NCBI GenBank assembly: GCA_019429005.1
Contig: JAHYJR010000005.1
Coordinates: 1-64,000 of the forward strand
DNA length: 64,000 nucleotides
From: Nanobdellati archaeon
Lineage (GTDB): Archaea > EX4484-52 > GLR71
Direction: 5' to 3'
Shown: in pieces, positions 37,199 through 47,051 of the stretch
How positions within the stretch are numbered: the stretch's first letter is position 1
Layout: each line of letters begins with the position of its first letter
Position numbers and translations under genes: made by a program
The notes under the pieces: generated by a model
What the model was told of the DNA's origin: nothing
Database searches by the model: none
Seen by the model: only the letters and a program-made list of their open reading frames with translations

Positions 37199-39127
37199 AT
37201 GGAACTTTCTAGTCCAGATATAAGAATACTTATTGATGAGCTTCAGTATCTTGTAGGTGGTAAGATTCAGAAGATTTATCACGAGAGAAAAGATATACAT
37301 ATGAATATTTACGTATCTGGTATGGGTACAAAAACGATTGTTTTGGGTCAAGGCAAATTCTTTGTAACTTCATATAGTTTAAAACATCGTGATAGTCCAA
37401 CATCTTTTTGTATGTTTCTTAGAAAACGTTTAAAATCCGTTAGAATTAGTTCTATTGAACAGGTTGGTTTTGAAAGGATTATAATCTTGAAAACTGATAT
37501 ATATAATATTATTTTTGAATTATTTTCAAAAGGAAATGTTATTGTTACTGATAAAGACAACAAAATAATTTCACTTATTGAATCTCGTGATTGGAATTAC
37601 CGTGTGCTTAAACGAAATGAGATTTATGTGGCACCACCTGAAGTGATTGATGTCCTAAATCTTGATAAGGGTGGTTTAGAAGCCCTATTCAAAAAGACTG
37701 ATAAGAAACTAGTACCCTTTATTGCACGGGAGATGGGTTTTGGTGGTAAATATGCTGAAGAACTTGCATTTTTAAGCAATATAAAAAAAGATGAACTGTG
37801 TAAAACTCTTGACAAGAAACAGATAACATCTCTATATAATTCTATAGAATCCCTTTTGGATACAACTAAAAAAACACCTTTTATTGTCCTTGAAGACAAA
37901 AAAAAGATTGATGTGTCTTATGTCAATATCCATAAATATGCTGATTATGATAAGATCAATACAAAAACATTTAATGACGCTGTTGATGATGCATTTGTTT
38001 CTGTTATGGCAATTGAACTTGCAAGTGTTGATACTAAGGTCATAGATAAAAAGATATCTTCTTTACAAAAACGTCTAGATATACAGGAAAAATCTTTTCA
38101 GCATCTTGAAGAACTTATAATTCAGAATCTGAAAAAAGGTGATATGATTTATGAATATTTTCAAGGTATTGATCGTCTCATTAATCTTGTAATGGCTGAA
38201 GTGAATATCTCCGGATGGAATGATATAGAAAAACGAATTAAATTTGAAGATAAAGATATTGTTTTGGGGTCTATAGATACTAAAGATAAAATTGCAAAAA
38301 TTATAATAGCTAAATATAAAATAAATATTTTATTAGAAGAAGCCATATCTAAAAGTGCTGAAGCTTATTATGCTAAATCCAAATCACAAAAATCAAAACT
38401 TCAAGGACTTAGGCTCGCAATAGCGAATACTATGAGGTTGATGCAACAAAAAGATGATGTCGTTATTGTTAAAAAACAGATAATCAAGAAAAAGGATACA
38501 TCATCTCAAAAATGGTTTGAAAAGTTCCGTAATTTTGAAAGCTCTGAAGGCTTCTTATGTGTAGGTGGGCGTGATGCTACATCTAACGAAATAGTTGTTA
38601 AAAAACATGCTGAAAAAGATGATATGATTTTCCATGCAGATATAGCAGGTTCACCTTTTATTGTTGTAAAAACTGAAGGTAAAACGGTTGGTGATGCGAC
38701 AATAGAAGAAGCTGCTCAATTTACTGCTATGTATTCTAAAGCGTGGAAAGCTAATGCAGGTGTAATTGATGTTTATTGGGTTAAACCCGAACAGGTAACA
38801 AAACAAGCACCATCTGGAGAATATATTTCTAAAGGTGGATTTATGATACATGGAAAAAAAAATAATCTTACCTCTGAGCTTAAGGTGGCTGTTTGTATGG
38901 TTGATGGCGAGATAATTTCAGGCCCAATAAATGCTATCAAGAAAAAGACAAATAAGTATATTGTCATAATACCTGGTTATACAAAATCAAAAGATCTTTC
39001 AAAAATCATGAAAACTAAATTGTTTGAAAAATCAAATAAAGGTGAACAAGATTTATTGCGTAAGATACCAATCGATAAGTTTCAAAGATGCATTCCTTCA
39101 GATCGAGGTGAACTTGAACTCAATTAA
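37199..39127 (+). CDS. rqcH: ribosome rescue factor RqcH / Rqc2 (NFACT family)
   Basis: FCMFLRK, QVGFERII, ELFSKGNVI, WFEKFR, GGRDATSNE, FHADIAGSP, APSGEYISKGGFMI. Confidence 0.93.
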   Translation: MELSSPDIRILIDELQYLVGGKIQKIYHERKDIHMNIYVSGMGTKTIVLGQGKFFVTSYSLKHRDSPTSFCMFLRKRLKSVRISSIEQVGFERIIILKTDIYNIIFELFSKGNVIVTDKDNKIISLIESRDWNYRVLKRNEIYVAPPEVIDVLNLDKGGLEALFKKTDKKLVPFIAREMGFGGKYAEELAFLSNIKKDELCKTLDKKQITSLYNSIESLLDTTKKTPFIVLEDKKKIDVSYVNIHKYADYDKINTKTFNDAVDDAFVSVMAIELASVDTKVIDKKISSLQKRLDIQEKSFQHLEELIIQNLKKGDMIYEYFQGIDRLINLVMAEVNISGWNDIEKRIKFEDKDIVLGSIDTKDKIAKIIIAKYKINILLEEAISKSAEAYYAKSKSQKSKLQGLRLAIANTMRLMQQKDDVVIVKKQIIKKKDTSSQKWFEKFRNFESSEGFLCVGGRDATSNEIVVKKHAEKDDMIFHADIAGSPFIVVKTEGKTVGDATIEEAAQFTAMYSKAWKANAGVIDVYWVKPEQVTKQAPSGEYISKGGFMIHGKKNNLTSELKVAVCMVDGEIISGPINAIKKKTNKYIVIIPGYTKSKDLSKIMKTKLFEKSNKGEQDLLRKIPIDKFQRCIPSDRGELELN

Positions 39128-39128
39128 T

Positions 39129-40079
39129 TTATTCTAATCTTTCTTTCAAGGCAGCACTGATTAAGGGTAATGCGATTGTTGCATCGCAAGTAATATTTGA
39201 ATACTTAGCTTTGCTTGCAAGTTTTCCCCATGAGATACCTTCATTAAGCTGTGCACCTGAAGAACCTCCTGCATCTGGTCTATCTGTTGTTATCTGTACA
39301 CCATATTCTGCAGAATGTGGTGAGAATTGGATTGATTGTTGTATATAATTCTTAGGTACACCGCCACCGATATAAAAGACTCCAATCTTTTTTGCAGTCC
39401 ATGCTATATCTATGATTTCTTTCATATCTTCAAAGGCTAGAATCTTCAGTTTATTTTCTAATATATATGACCATACTTGTAATCCAATTCCAGAATCACT
39501 TAAAGCTGGACAGAATATAGGTATTCTTTTTTTAGCACATACCTTAAGTATTGAATTTTCGCAATCTACATTATCTCCAAGAAGCCATAAGAATTCTGTG
39601 ATGTTTAGTTCTTTTTTAGGAAATGTATCAAATGTCTTTTTGCAAAATGCTTCAAGACCTGTATAGACATCATTATGCATAAATGTGTCATATATTCTAT
39701 TGATTTTCTTCTTATTTAGTTCTTTGTCATCTACATTTGCATGTCCTTTATAATGATTGTATCCAAGAGCCTCTATTAAGTCATGGGTTAAGTTTGCACC
39801 TGTAGTCACAAAGACATCAATCTGCCCCGCATTGAGCATATCTATGATAATCTGTTTCATACCTCCAGGTACCATGGCACCTGCAAGACCCATAAACAAT
39901 TTACAATCTTTATTTGTTATCATTTCTTCGAGGATATCAACACTTTCAGCGATTTTTCCACCACCCATAACACCCGATTTTGACATTTGTGTTATAAGTT
40001 CATTAACAGTCATGTCTTTTTTTGTTTTTACATGGTTAATTTTTGAAAATCCATGCATACTTTTATTACATTCTTTCAT
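39129..40079 (-). CDS. dys: deoxyhypusine synthase
   Basis: LAGAMVPGG, VTTGANLTHD, PALSDSGIG, GGGVPKN, GGSSGA..EGISWGK, DATIALP. Confidence 0.94.
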   Translation of the reverse strand: MKECNKSMHGFSKINHVKTKKDMTVNELITQMSKSGVMGGGKIAESVDILEEMITNKDCKLFMGLAGAMVPGGMKQIIIDMLNAGQIDVFVTTGANLTHDLIEALGYNHYKGHANVDDKELNKKKINRIYDTFMHNDVYTGLEAFCKKTFDTFPKKELNITEFLWLLGDNVDCENSILKVCAKKRIPIFCPALSDSGIGLQVWSYILENKLKILAFEDMKEIIDIAWTAKKIGVFYIGGGVPKNYIQQSIQFSPHSAEYGVQITTDRPDAGGSSGAQLNEGISWGKLASKAKYSNITCDATIALPLISAALKERLE

Positions 40080-40152
40080 ATCTTATATTGTGTATCTAAA
40101 TTATTTAAGATTTATTAACTATCTTAACTAATATTTTTGTGGATGGTATTTT

Positions 40153-40788
40153 ATGGTATTTAATCTTAAACGCATTCAAAAATTATATAAAAGCAAAAAA
40201 CAGATTGTTGCCGAAAAGAAAAAGAAAGATACAAATTATATGCTCTCTATGGGTGATATGAAAGCCAAAGATGCATATGATAATGAAAACCTCAATATAA
40301 AATATTCAATTATATCTACACATGATGCTATTGCTTTTTATAATAAGGCTTTTGAGATGTTTAGATTAAAATCTGATTTGACACAGATTGAAGTTGTTAA
40401 GAAAAAAATTAAAGAACTTGAACTGTTTTTAAAACGTTTTACACAAGATGAATTAGATTCGGCATTAATTTTTTCAGATGCTGATATTTTACGAAATATA
40501 TCTAAAACAAAATATTTAGAAGCAAGATATATTCGAAACATCGATAGGATTGGTTCTATAATGTTATGTTTTGACGCGATTGAAGATTTCAAGAATGCTC
40601 TTGAATTATATTCTAGTTATGAGTCTGATAAGAATAATTTAGGCAACATAAAACATGTTAAATCTCATATTAAAGAAGTTGAGACATTTCTAGAACGTTT
40701 TAGTGCTGAAGAACTTAAAACTGTTAAAGAAAAAATTGACGCTTTAAAACCAGTTATAGAAGATGATACATCAAAGTCTTCTTTGTAA
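40153..40788 (+). CDS. hypothetical helical-repeat protein (two internal repeats)
   Basis: AI..(Y/F).KA.E...(V)K..IKE.E.FL.RF...EL occurs twice. Confidence 0.7.
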   Translation: MVFNLKRIQKLYKSKKQIVAEKKKKDTNYMLSMGDMKAKDAYDNENLNIKYSIISTHDAIAFYNKAFEMFRLKSDLTQIEVVKKKIKELELFLKRFTQDELDSALIFSDADILRNISKTKYLEARYIRNIDRIGSIMLCFDAIEDFKNALELYSSYESDKNNLGNIKHVKSHIKEVETFLERFSAEELKTVKEKIDALKPVIEDDTSKSSL

Positions 40789-41370
40789 TATTTTTTTAAG
40801 GCCTCTTTTATAATGATGTGGTTTTATTATGTTTTTTTCATATAGGTCTTCTATCTGTATTTTATTGTTGATTTCTTGAACGTGTTCTCTTGATTGTTTT
40901 TGGTGTATATGTTCTTCATGTGGCATGATAATCTTGAAATACGCATCTATCATAACAACCCAGTTTTCAGTGTTGATTAGGTTGTGATTTATAAGGTTCG
41001 TATTTGGATTGTTATTAATTATATTGCTGTTGTTTGTATTGTTGATATTGGTATTTAAGTTATTAATATTATGCGTATTAATCGGGTTCATATTATTATA
41101 ATGATCTTTAGTTTGTTGTTGAAGTGTTTGTATGTAGTATGAAAACATGATATTTATTTTATTTTTGTTAAAGAACTGTTTAAGGAATGCTTCTATAGAT
41201 TTGGCTTGAGTCATGCAATTTTGCTTGGTTTCAGCCGGTGTTTTTCCTTCTGATTGTAGATTGACAATGTACTCTGGTGGCTGAAAAGTATCTGGTATTA
41301 TCTTAAAAGCTGTAAGGTTTGTTCCCTCGATTTGTATCGATTCGGGTAGTTCTGCAAAAGAATGAGCCAT
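40771..41370 (-). CDS. hypothetical protein with Asn-rich insert
   Basis: 199-aa ORF, N/I/T-rich central segment, SHOCT-like C-terminus. Confidence 0.6.
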   Translation of the reverse strand: MAHSFAELPESIQIEGTNLTAFKIIPDTFQPPEYIVNLQSEGKTPAETKQNCMTQAKSIEAFLKQFFNKNKINIMFSYYIQTLQQQTKDHYNNMNPINTHNINNLNTNINNTNNSNIINNNPNTNLINHNLINTENWVVMIDAYFKIIMPHEEHIHQKQSREHVQEINNKIQIEDLYEKNIIKPHHYKRGLKKILQRRL

Positions 41371-41563
41371 AGATTCTTTTTATTATTTATTGCATAAAAA
41401 GGTTGTGTTTTTTTGTTGGGCGAATAAAGTTTGTTTGTTGATGATTGGTTATTTTATGTTTTTTTAATTCTTAAGTATTTCTTATCACACACAACAACTT
41501 TACCGGACTTCTCGGAAAAACTATGTATCTATCTTTTTTATCTTTAACACCCGAATTAATCCT

Positions 41564-43909
41564 ATGGACCTTGATGATGTTGCAGAGTTATATCCAGTTC
41601 TTAAACCTGTAATTGCTGCAATAAAGACTAAAGATAAAGTTAAGACTCTTTTTCCGCCACAAGAACTTGCGATTAATAGTGGGTATCTTGACGGTAAAAA
41701 TATGCTTCTAGCAATACCAACATCAACCGGGAAAACGTTGATATCCGAACTTGCCATGCTGAAGGTAATCCTAGAACAAAAGAAAAAAGCCTTGTATCTT
41801 GTACCACTTAAAGCTCTTGCTATGGAAAAATACAACAATTTCAAAGATAAATATGAATCATTAGGTCTGAAGGTTGTAGTCAGTGTAGGTAATTTTGATA
41901 ATCAGGATCAGTGGATAAAAGATTATGATATAATAATAACGTCTGTCGAGAAAGCAGATAGTCTGATGCGACATAAAGCCCCCTGGTTTGATGATATCGG
42001 AATCGTTGTAGCAGATGAGATTCATCTTCTTGATGATTCTTCACGAGGTCCGACTCTTGAGGTTGTCCTGACAAAAATAAAATCAACTATTAATGCACAG
42101 ATTATTGGTCTTTCTGCAACTATCGGAAATAAGGAAGAGCTTGCAGGTTGGCTTGATGCAGTCTTAGTAGAATCCGATTTCAGGCCAGTTGTTCTTTTTG
42201 AAGGTGTGCAGTTTGATAATTCCCTAATATACAAATCCCGTACAGATGGAAATAAAATCGGATTGAATGATGAAATCCCTTTAAATAAAGTTCTAGATGG
42301 CGTTCTAAAATCTGCAAAATATGTGCTTGATAATAAGAGTCAAGCAATTGTTTTTGTTTCAAGTAAACGCGGTGCTGAATCCGAATCAGAGAAAATCGCA
42401 TCAATCACAAGAAATACTTTATCCTTTAACGAAAAAACGCTTCTTGAAAAATTAAGTGATAGTATAGAACATGCTTTGCCCAGTCCCACAAAACAATGTA
42501 AGCGTCTTTCGAAAGTTGTGAAAAATGGTGTGGCATTCCATCATAGCGGACTTATGCATAAGCAAAGGCAACTTATCGAAGATGCATTTAAGGATGGTGT
42601 AATAAAGATAATCTCAGCCACAACAACTCTTGCCTATGGTATGAATTTACCTTGCGATTTCTGTATCTTGCGTGACGTTAAACGTTTCTATCCTAGTAAG
42701 GGTTATGCTCCTATACCAATCTTAGAATATAAGCAATGTGCAGGTCGTAGTGGAAGGATTAAATATTCAAAGGAGGGTAAATCTATAATACTTGCTAAAA
42801 ATGAAAATGATGCAAACGAAATCTCCGATTATTTTATACATGGTGAATCTGAAAACATCTATTCAAAACTAGCAATAGAACCTGTATTGCGTATGCATCT
42901 TTTGAGTCTGATTTCTACAGAACATATCAATTCAAAAGAGGCTCTTGAAACGTTTATACAAAATACCTTTTATGCATATCAATTTCAAAATCTTGAAGAA
43001 TTGACATCTAAAATTGATTCCGTTCTTCACAAATTAACAGATTATGGGTTTATAGAATCTGATAATTCAAAGATTTTTGCGACAGAAATTGGTAAACGTG
43101 TATCTCAATTATATATTGATCCTGACACTGCAAATATGTTTATCACGGCAATTAAAAGACCTTTTAGATCTAAAGATTCAGTTGAATCTGTGATATCTAA
43201 TAAATCTGATTTAGATGAATTCAAAACTGGTGCTGAAATACTTGAGGAAACATCTAAAATATTGAATCATGTAAGTCTTATCCATCTCGCATCTTATACG
43301 ATTGAGATGCGTCCACAACTTAGGATTAATAAGGATGAGCAAGAATCTTTTGAGACCTATCTTGAATCTATAACCCGAAATATCCTTGTTGAAGTTCCTT
43401 CAATGTGGGATTTGAAACGAACTGAATTTTTGCAATCTTTAAAGACTGAAATGTTTTTTGAAAGCTGGATAAACGAAGCTACTGATGACACCCTTTTTGA
43501 CAGATATAAAGTATCACCAGGTGAACTTCGTGCACGTCTTGATAAGATAGATTGGCTTTTGTATACTTTGGAAGAATTTTCAAAAATGCTTAAACTAAGC
43601 GAGGTTTATTTTCTAGCTAAAAATGTGCGTTTTAGGATAAAGCATGGAATAAAAGCTGAATTGATACCTCTTGTGAAACTTAAAGGTGTCGGTCGTGTGA
43701 GAGCACGAAAGCTTTTCTCAAAAGGCATAAGAACTAATTTAGATATACAGAAAACAGATATACTCGTATTATCACAGCTTATTGGAAACAGTCTTGCTGC
43801 AAAATTGAAAGGTGTCGAGTTTGATTCTTCAAAGGCCTCTCTGGAACTTCAAATAAATAGCAATGCACAGAAAAGTCTTGAACATTTTGGCAAAAAAAAG
43901 AGTATTTGA
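41564..43909 (+). CDS. hel308: ATP-dependent DNA helicase Hel308/Hjm (Ski2-like)
   Basis: PTSTGKT, DEIH, GLSAT, AFHHSGL, TTTLAYGMNLP, Q..GRSGR, LKGVGRVRARKL. Confidence 0.94.
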   Translation: MDLDDVAELYPVLKPVIAAIKTKDKVKTLFPPQELAINSGYLDGKNMLLAIPTSTGKTLISELAMLKVILEQKKKALYLVPLKALAMEKYNNFKDKYESLGLKVVVSVGNFDNQDQWIKDYDIIITSVEKADSLMRHKAPWFDDIGIVVADEIHLLDDSSRGPTLEVVLTKIKSTINAQIIGLSATIGNKEELAGWLDAVLVESDFRPVVLFEGVQFDNSLIYKSRTDGNKIGLNDEIPLNKVLDGVLKSAKYVLDNKSQAIVFVSSKRGAESESEKIASITRNTLSFNEKTLLEKLSDSIEHALPSPTKQCKRLSKVVKNGVAFHHSGLMHKQRQLIEDAFKDGVIKIISATTTLAYGMNLPCDFCILRDVKRFYPSKGYAPIPILEYKQCAGRSGRIKYSKEGKSIILAKNENDANEISDYFIHGESENIYSKLAIEPVLRMHLLSLISTEHINSKEALETFIQNTFYAYQFQNLEELTSKIDSVLHKLTDYGFIESDNSKIFATEIGKRVSQLYIDPDTANMFITAIKRPFRSKDSVESVISNKSDLDEFKTGAEILEETSKILNHVSLIHLASYTIEMRPQLRINKDEQESFETYLESITRNILVEVPSMWDLKRTEFLQSLKTEMFFESWINEATDDTLFDRYKVSPGELRARLDKIDWLLYTLEEFSKMLKLSEVYFLAKNVRFRIKHGIKAELIPLVKLKGVGRVRARKLFSKGIRTNLDIQKTDILVLSQLIGNSLAAKLKGVEFDSSKASLELQINSNAQKSLEHFGKKKSI

Positions 43910-43946
43910 CTGTAAATATTTATATTCGGCAAGTATAAGTGATATT

Positions 43947-44489
43947 ATGAAGAAACGTCCTATATTCATATTATCTATAGTTTTTTTGATATTGACTTTT
44001 TTACAGGCATCAGCATATGCTTTACCTCCTAGTGTTGAATTGATTTCTACTGATTATTTTACATTAACATCAGGAGAAACAAAACAAGTTGTATTGACTG
44101 TAAGAAATTACGAGGATGTTGTGGATGTTGTAGATATACATCTTTCAAGTAATTCCGAGCTCAATAATTGGATATGGTTCTCAAACCATAGATATGATTC
44201 TAAACGACACGATCTTTCGGTTGTGATGCAACCCTATGACCTGAAACGGATTGTTATCAATATTTTTGGTGGTAATAGTGGTACGTATATAACTGATGGT
44301 GTACAAGCAAATGGTCTTAATATAAATGCTGTTGGTATGTCTGGATTTGGAGCGACAAATATTAGTGTTAGTGTGAAACCTGTACCACAAGGATTATTTA
44401 AAAGACAAGCTCCTGGTATAACTTTTATACATATATTATTTATAGGTTTTATTGGTTCTTTAGTATTCTTAAAACCTATAAAAATATAA
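43947..44489 (+). CDS. secreted Ig-like surface protein with C-terminal TM anchor (PGF-CTERM-like)
   Basis: Signal peptide; C-terminal APG + hydrophobic helix + basic residues. Confidence 0.7.
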   Translation: MKKRPIFILSIVFLILTFLQASAYALPPSVELISTDYFTLTSGETKQVVLTVRNYEDVVDVVDIHLSSNSELNNWIWFSNHRYDSKRHDLSVVMQPYDLKRIVINIFGGNSGTYITDGVQANGLNINAVGMSGFGATNISVSVKPVPQGLFKRQAPGITFIHILFIGFIGSLVFLKPIKI

Positions 44490-44507
44490 TCTTTTTTTTA
44501 AAAATAG

Positions 44508-44629
44508 TGGACTCGATGGGATTTGAACCCACGACTTCTGGCTATCTAAGACCTGCAGGATATTTCTATCCTTATACGAAACGTGATCATATAAGACCAG
44601 CGCTCCAAACCAGCCTGAGCTACGAGTCC
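44508..44629 (-). tRNA. tRNA-Ile(TAT) with 46-nt intron at 37/38 (44544..44589)
   Basis: GGACTCG/CGAGTCC+A acceptor, CTGGT-CTTATA[intron]A-GCCAG, GGTTCAAATCC; BHB-like junction. Confidence 0.9.
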
Positions 44630-44719
44630 ATATATATTAAAATATAGGACAACTATTATTTCTCAGTACTATAAGGATTAATACTAATATTTAAAAAGAT
44701 TGTGTTGTGTTGTGTATTT

Positions 44720-45682
44720 ATGGATTCGTTTTTTAACTCAAAAGATCTTCTTATTGATTTATTAGTTGATAGACTTAAATCTGTAGGGTATGAAACTGAA
44801 GTTTTTGGTCGCTATTGTTTAGATATTATCGCAAAAAAGGGTACTGATAAACCAATTTTAATAAAAGTTTTACTTAATGTTGATAGTTTTGATAAACGTC
44901 ATGCTTTTGATCTTAACAAATTATCATATATAATGAATGCATCTCCTATAATTATTAGTTTACGTGGCAGGAATTTTGAGATTTATGAAAATGTAGTACA
45001 TATGCGTTTTGAAATACCTGTAATTCTTCCAGAAACCCTTTTTAATACCTTAGAAGGTGATTGTGTGTTTACTTTATCACGTAAAGGCAAAACGTGTGTT
45101 TTTATAAATACAACAATGCTTAAAGATGCACGATTAGAACAGAATCAATCATTTGAGATGTTATCAAAGGCGTTAAATATATCTAAAAAGACATTATTTC
45201 TTGCAGAAAAACATGGTTATCTTACCGATATTCTTGTAGATAAGCTTGAATCTTTTTTTAATAAAGATTTGAAGGAAACTCAAAATCTTTTTGATATTTT
45301 AGAAAAAACATATAGTCGTAATAATATGACTTATGCTTTATCTGAAGTAAATGCTCATGATGTGTCTTCTGTAATAGATAATACTATTAAGGATTTAATA
45401 GAGCGAATCGGTTTTATAAATTATTTTTTTAGTTTTACACCATCAAATTTGGTAGGTACGCGTAATGGTGATATTATTTTTTGTGAGGTCATAAAAAATA
45501 AGCTTGCTGAAAAACAGATTGATGATCTTAAACGTTTTGGCGATTTTTTTAATTCAAAAATAATGATAATTTCTGAAAATGTAAAATATGATATTCCGGG
45601 TGTAGCTGTATTTAATTTGTCTGAGATACAGCATATTAAATCCCGTAAAGAATTGTTTGATTTGATTTTAAATCGCGAATAA
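44720..45682 (+). CDS. putative archaeal HTH-type transcriptional regulator (restriction-endonuclease-like + XRE HTH)
   Basis: CLDIIAKK..ILIKVLLNVD and central HTH LKDARLE..LSKALNISKKTL..AE. Confidence 0.75.
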   Translation: MDSFFNSKDLLIDLLVDRLKSVGYETEVFGRYCLDIIAKKGTDKPILIKVLLNVDSFDKRHAFDLNKLSYIMNASPIIISLRGRNFEIYENVVHMRFEIPVILPETLFNTLEGDCVFTLSRKGKTCVFINTTMLKDARLEQNQSFEMLSKALNISKKTLFLAEKHGYLTDILVDKLESFFNKDLKETQNLFDILEKTYSRNNMTYALSEVNAHDVSSVIDNTIKDLIERIGFINYFFSFTPSNLVGTRNGDIIFCEVIKNKLAEKQIDDLKRFGDFFNSKIMIISENVKYDIPGVAVFNLSEIQHIKSRKELFDLILNRE

Positions 45683-46627
45683 TTATTCAAGTATTTTTAT
45701 ATTATCTATTTTACCATCACCATCCATGTCAAGACCTGATACTACACATGTCCAATTATCTTCACCATTATATTTATCAAGTACCTGTTCTGTGTGTCTT
45801 GTGAGTGCAAGAACTGCAGCTTTTGTGCCATTGAAACGATTTCCTGCAATGAGGAGTATGCTTTTATCTTTATCCATTGGGTTTATTATCTTTGCAATAA
45901 TTCCTATTGAATCTTCATCATAATTCTTTTTAGTTTTTTCAGATATAAGTCCTCTATATGGAAATAAGTCTAGTTTGAATTTGACTGGTAAATAATTATT
46001 TATTTCCGAAACAATTATGTTTGTAAGTGGTCCACCTATAAGTATAAGGTTTGATGAATATCCATTTTCAGCTTTTATGTCTATATCAAGTTTTGTTGTG
46101 AATTCTTTTGGCATATTTACAAATTGTCCAAGAAAAATACCTATGTCTATCCCATAATGACCATCTCTTGCACGAACCTGATTCTGACCATGTGGATCTG
46201 GCGAACCTACAACAATATTTCCATTAAGATTTCCAGCATTCACAAAGGGGTATAAGAACATTTTTAGTTTATCAGATTGTGTTTTTAATGAGAAATCTGC
46301 AACTTTAACATCGCCATATGGTAATTCTAATGCAAAGGCACTGTTTGTTATAGTATAATATTTAGCGAGTACACCACCACGTTCTTGTTTAGATTTAATC
46401 TCAATAAGACCATTCAATTCAAGTTGTTTTATGTGGTAATAGACTTTTTGTTCATGAAGCCCTAGCATTTTTGCAATTTCTGCGGGGTATCTTGGTTTTT
46501 CAGCCAGAAGTTTTAGTATATTCCAACGTGATTCATTAAGTAGACCTTTAAGTTTTTCAGGTTCTGATTCTAACTTAACTTTTTTTGTAAAAAATTTACC
46601 ATTTATTTCTTTTATGAGGTGTGCCAT
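45683..46627 (-). CDS. ArsR-like wHTH regulator fused to a C-terminal LILIGGP-type domain
   Basis: RWNILKLL..P.YPAEIAK.LG..EQKVYYHIKQL; IVVGSPDPHG, NLILIGGP..N, DMDGDGKID. Confidence 0.8.
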   Translation of the reverse strand: MAHLIKEINGKFFTKKVKLESEPEKLKGLLNESRWNILKLLAEKPRYPAEIAKMLGLHEQKVYYHIKQLELNGLIEIKSKQERGGVLAKYYTITNSAFALELPYGDVKVADFSLKTQSDKLKMFLYPFVNAGNLNGNIVVGSPDPHGQNQVRARDGHYGIDIGIFLGQFVNMPKEFTTKLDIDIKAENGYSSNLILIGGPLTNIIVSEINNYLPVKFKLDLFPYRGLISEKTKKNYDEDSIGIIAKIINPMDKDKSILLIAGNRFNGTKAAVLALTRHTEQVLDKYNGEDNWTCVVSGLDMDGDGKIDNIKILE

Positions 46628-46867
46628 ATTATCACTTATTAATTTAATCTATATTAATTTTAATCAATTAGTTATGAATTATTTTATAATGGTATTATAA
46701 ATCTGTTAAACATTCTAGTTCTTAACTATTAGTAATGACATAACAATCTTTATATACTCTTATTAATTTTCAATCAAAATATCAAAAAATACTATAATTT
46801 CAGTTATAATATAGACATTCATTTTTGCAAAACCTATATAAGCAGGGAGATGTTTAATATATTTAGT

Positions 46868-46955
46868 GATTAGAGGGTTAAGATGCTTTGGTGCAGAAAC
46901 CTACAAGCTTATTTATAAGTTCTTGTTGATGCTTAAACCCTACCTAATCCAGGGT
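46868..46955 (+). ncRNA. candidate structured RNA upstream of glmS
   Basis: GATTAG/CTAATC, AGGGT/ACCCT and TAAG/CTTA outer stems plus inner ACAAG-CTTAT/ATAAG-CTTGT hairpin; starts ~26 nt after CCTATATAAG. Confidence 0.45.
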
Positions 46956-47051
46956 ATTAAAATAGTGATTATGTGCGTTTAGCTTTAGCTTTAAGGTTAT
47001 GATCTTTGTTTTCAAAATCCTTTATAAAAAATATATTAGATTGGTTATTTT

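Noticed and set aside
46868-46955. Canonical glmS ribozyme, hammerhead, fluoride riboswitch or C/D guide RNA
   Set aside because: Lacks AGCGCC/GACGAGG, CUGAUGA-GAAA order, the crcB pseudoknot and proper C/D boxes by eye.
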